The notes beneath the pieces were generated by a model. That model had not been told where the DNA came from and searched no databases. It worked only from the letters and a program-made list of their open reading frames with translations. DNA of 64,000 nt, from NCBI GenBank assembly GCA_964016885.1, contig OZ024756.1:37014001-37078000 (forward strand), written 5' to 3'. Source of the DNA: Eledone cirrhosa. Lineage: Eukaryota. Positions 58,995 through 64,000 of the stretch are shown one piece after another; the first letter of the stretch is position 1; each line of letters opens with the position of its first letter. The position numbers and the translations under genes were made by a program.

Positions 58995-59089
58995 GACATA
59001 TTACAAATGTTTCTCGGGCGACCAGCTCGAGGCACGATCGATACGTTGATCATACCCGACTCTGAAATCTTTCGGTCGTCGGATACGTC
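58995..59089 (-). ncRNA. Hammerhead motif, CCGACGA core, long domain II
   Basis: Minus strand GACGTAT-CCGACGA-(about 62 nt)-GAA-ACATTTGT-A^ATATGTC. Confidence 0.55.
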
Positions 59090-59172
59090 TCGATTCTACG
59101 AAGCAGATTTTTTAAGCATCCAACACCAATTATATATATCTATATATATATATATGTTTATATATAATATAT

Positions 59173-59374
59173 GGCAGTGGATTGGAAGTATTGGTAGAGG
59201 ATAGCACGCCATGCTTTGCAGCATAGAGTAACGGCCCTTTATGATCTGCGTTCAAATCCCGCCGAGGTTTACTTTGCCTTTCATCCTTGCGGGGTCGATA
59301 AAATAAAGTACCAGTCACGCACTGGGGTCGATTTAATCGACTTTCCTCTCCCCCAAAATTATTGGCCTTGTCCC
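59173..59374 (+). mobile_element. SINE S1 (long variant)
   Basis: Match to S1 with the CTGGGGTCGATTTAATCGAC segment. Confidence 0.8.
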
Positions 59375-59398
59375 TATATAAGAAACCATATGTATATA

Positions 59399-59510
<112 letters not shown>

Positions 59511-59706
59511 GTGTGTATGTATGTATGTGTGTGTGTGTGTGTGTGTGTGTGAAGATCTGTAAATCATTATAGCTTCAGATGTTATTGAATTAATTTTTTC
59601 AAGTGAAATTATTTAATAATTTTCCATTTTACAGACGCCGGAGGGTGTTTATAATGCTTCGATGTGTTCAAACATATTTCCGTGTGTATTAGACACACAG
59701 AGACCT

Positions 59707-60579
59707 TTATGTGTTTATATATGTCTGGGTGTGTATGTAAGTGTGTGTAACAGTAGCATATATGTGTTTATATATGTCTGGGTGTGTATGTAAGTGTGTG
59801 TAACATTAGCATATATGTGTTTATATACGTCTGGGTGTGTATGTAAGTGTGTGTAACATTAGTAGCATATATGTGTTTATATATGTCTGGGTGTGTATGT
59901 AAGTGTGTGTAACATTAGTAGCATATATGTGTTTATATATGTCTGGGTGTGTATGTAAGTGTGTTTAGCATTAGTAGCATATGTGTGTTTATATATATGT
60001 CTCTGTGTAAGTGTGTTTAGCATTAGTAGCATATGTGTGTTTATATATATATATGTCTCTGTGTAAGTGTGTTTAGCATTAGTAGCATATGTGTGTTTAT
60101 ATGTATATATGTCTCTGTGTAAGTGTGTTTAGCATTAGTAGCATATGTGTGTTTATATATATATATGTCTCTGTGTAAGTGTGTTTAGCATTAGTAGCAT
60201 ATGTGTGTTTATATATATATATATGTCTCTGTGTAAGTGTGTTTAGCATTAGTAGCATATGTGTGTTTATATATATATATGTCTCTGTGTAAGTGTGTTT
60301 AGCATTAGTAGCATATGTGTGTTTATATATATATATGTCTCTGTGTAAGTGTGTTTAGCATTAGTAGCATATGTGTGTTTATATATATGTCTCTGTGTAA
60401 GTGTGTTTAGCATTAGTAGCATATGTGTGTTTATATATATATATGTCTCTGTGTAAGTGTGTTTAGCATTAGTAGCATATGTGTGTTTATATATGTGTCT
60501 CTGTGTAAGTGTGTTTAGCATTAGTAGCATATGTGTGTTTATATATATGTCTCTGTGTAAGTGTGTTTAGCATTAGTAG
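59707..60579. repeat. About 55-bp minisatellite, about 16 copies
   Basis: GTCTCTGTGTAAGTGTGTTTAGCATTAGTAGCATATGTGTGTTT plus variable (AT)n. Confidence 0.95.
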
Positions 60580-60895
60580 ATGTTGAACGTATCTGGGTCG
60601 TTTAAGATTCTGTTGAAGTTTGAAAAGAGGAATTCCTTGTCTTTTGGAGAAATTGGTAAGTTGGTACCAGGTGGTATATAATGAGAAGTATTTCCTGGCC
60701 AACTTATATACACATCAAAGACACGCGCGCTTACAAATATATGCACACGACGCGCAACCGTAGAGTCAGTCATACCGTATTACACCTCAACACACACACA
60801 AACATCCAGTTATACACACACACAGACACACACACACACATATATATATACATATATAAATATAAATATATCTCTCTATATATATATACATACCA

Positions 60896-61004
<109 letters not shown>

Positions 61005-61178
61005 ATAATGTATATGTATATGCATATATGCATAGATATATAGTTTCAAAGACAAATCGTTAAATATAAGTGTGTGTATATGTATCTACATATATACATA
61101 TATATGTGTGTGTCTGTATGTATACATATATATGTGTATGTAAATATATATATGTGTATGTACATATATATATATGTG

Positions 61179-61232
<54 letters not shown>

Positions 61233-61240
61233 TAGATAGA

Positions 61241-61311
61241 TATGTTTCTTTATTAGCCACAGGGGCACAAAAGAAGGGGATAAATACAAAAGGGGAAGTT
61301 TACATACAATA
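61241..61311 (-). mobile_element. Tx1/L1-like 3' end inside (GATA)n
   Basis: Matches 35108-35178; GATA repeats on both sides. Confidence 0.75.
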
Positions 61312-61312
61312 A

Positions 61313-61389
<77 letters not shown>

Positions 61390-61559
61390 CTGAGGAGATA
61401 GCTAAATAGAAAGGCAGACAGTATGGACATAATCTGTAAGATGGTGGATATTTTGGTAATCAAGCATATATCCACATATATATATGATACGACTGGCAGA
61501 AGGAAGACTGAAGAAAATGGCACTAAAACCTTGCTGGCTGAACAAAGACCCAATGAAAC

Positions 61560-61739
<180 letters not shown>

Positions 61740-61796
61740 TAAAATATACTTACAAACCCACAGACAGACACACACATGTATATACATATCTTAGTG

Positions 61797-61870
<74 letters not shown>

Positions 61871-61931
61871 TGTGGGATGCTTAAAGCGTCCGTTCCGTTT
61901 CTTATGTGATATATATATATATATATATATA

Positions 61932-62063
<132 letters not shown>

Positions 62064-62100
62064 CATATATATGTATATCTATATATACAAAATTAATATT

Positions 62101-62156
<56 letters not shown>

Positions 62157-62198
62157 CATAGAAAGACAGCCGCAAAAATATATATACGTATATTGAAG

Positions 62199-62273
<75 letters not shown>

Positions 62274-62482
62274 TCAAGTAAGCAGAATATACGTTATATA
62301 GTCCCTTCATATATGTAGAGTTCCGGCTTCCTTCCACCAAAATTACCAGCATGTGTCTTCAATGAATTTCCAACCACTCGTTCGTCTGCTCCAGTTGCAC
62401 TTACCACAACATATATACGTATATATATACATACACATACACATATATATATATATATATATATATACGTGCATATATACAT

Positions 62483-62544
<62 letters not shown>

Positions 62545-62607
62545 GTATATATATACATACACATACACATATATATATATACATACACACACATATATAT
62601 ATACGTG

Positions 62608-62678
<71 letters not shown>

Positions 62679-62734
62679 GTGCATATATACATACACATAC
62701 ACACACATATATATATATACGTGCATATATAGAT

Positions 62735-62789
<55 letters not shown>

Positions 62790-62932
62790 TGAGTACTTAT
62801 ATACCTATGCATGTATGTATTTATAAATATATATATATATATTTATTTATATATATATATATATACATAAAGAATATATATATATATTTATACATATATT
62901 TATTTATATATATATATATATATTTATATACA

Positions 62933-63000
<68 letters not shown>

Positions 63001-63001
<1 letters not shown>

Positions 63002-63190
63002 TAGATGAGATTCTACAGGACTAGAACTGTTTCATTCATTAGAAATCATCAGGAATCTGATTCCTGATGATTTCTAATGAATGAAACAGTTCTAGTCCTG
63101 TAGAATCTCATCTATATTAAAACTTTTATACTCTGCTATGTATTGAGTACCTTACTTACTGTGGTTACCTCCGATTCAACCCGGAATAAC

Positions 63191-63191
<1 letters not shown>
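63001..63191. mobile_element. Family A palindromic element: two divergent HHRs plus tail
   Basis: Perfect 57-bp arms around T63058; same junction and tail as 11321-11522. Confidence 0.85.
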
Positions 63192-63286
<95 letters not shown>

Positions 63287-63579
63287 GTATATAACATATA
63301 TAGATATATATACATTCGATGTGTGTATATATGTATATATCCCTTCGTGTATATACTGAGTCAATGACGAGATTGTGGAACAGAACATTAGATGGGAGTT
63401 TCTTTGCAATATGGAAATTATAAGGGCTGGGGCGGGGGGTGGGGGGTGAAGTTGATTGGGTTTACTGCTTCACTTGTTCCAACCGAAGACAAGATGTATG
63501 CACTTACACACACACACACACTTACACACACACACACACACACTTATACGCACACACACGTACACATATATGCACCTAC

Positions 63580-63628
<49 letters not shown>

Positions 63629-63671
63629 CACATCTATAAATATAGATATTCTTATATATATATATATATTT

Positions 63672-63732
<61 letters not shown>

Positions 63733-63824
63733 CAGACACATCTATAAATATAGATATTCTTATATATATATATATAGAGAGAGAGAGAGAAAGAGAGAGA
63801 GAGATATGTATAAATATGTATATT

Positions 63825-63959
<135 letters not shown>

Positions 63960-63969
63960 ATGTGTGTGT

Positions 63970-64000
<31 letters not shown>

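Noticed and set aside
59707-60579. CRISPR-like repeat-spacer pattern
   Set aside because: Spacers are only variable (AT)n; no unique spacers or cas genes; eukaryotic context.
60573-60704. Possible minus-strand exon (WPGNTSHYIPPGTNLP...); similar unique islands at 1600, 5400, 16930, 27000 and 54550
   Set aside because: Short, no recognisable family, cannot be linked into a gene without RNA-seq.

Overview
AT-rich, gene-poor animal DNA saturated with (TA)n, (CA)n, (GA)n, (TATC)n and triplet microsatellites. The SINE families and microsatellite load resemble an Octopus-type cephalopod genome (inference from recall, no search run). Almost all ORFs in the supplied track are microsatellite artefacts. 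One real-looking gene is present: an intronless, divergent ATG101-like HORMA protein (41029-41664) lacking the WF-finger Trp and the C-terminal helix. There is also a candidate terminal exon (2405-2875), 3' fragments of CRE-, RTE- and Tx1/L1-type non-LTR retrotransposons, and many tRNA-derived SINEs. The main signal is RNA-structural. Folding by eye finds about 15 complete or near-complete minimal type I hammerhead ribozymes (HHRs) from at least 7 apparently distinct families, mostly with a palindromic helix III, embedded in (TA)n and often arranged as 5'-to-5' inverted pairs, as in Penelope-like element pLTRs. The centrepiece is an array of a 512-bp unit (6585-9631) with one HHR per unit: about 4.5 tandem copies plus a 1.4-copy inverted arm. 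This is the layout expected for a retrozyme, i.e. a self-cleaving circular RNA reverse-transcribed by rolling circle into a microsatellite. All folds and protein assignments are manual and untested; repeat boundaries are approximate.
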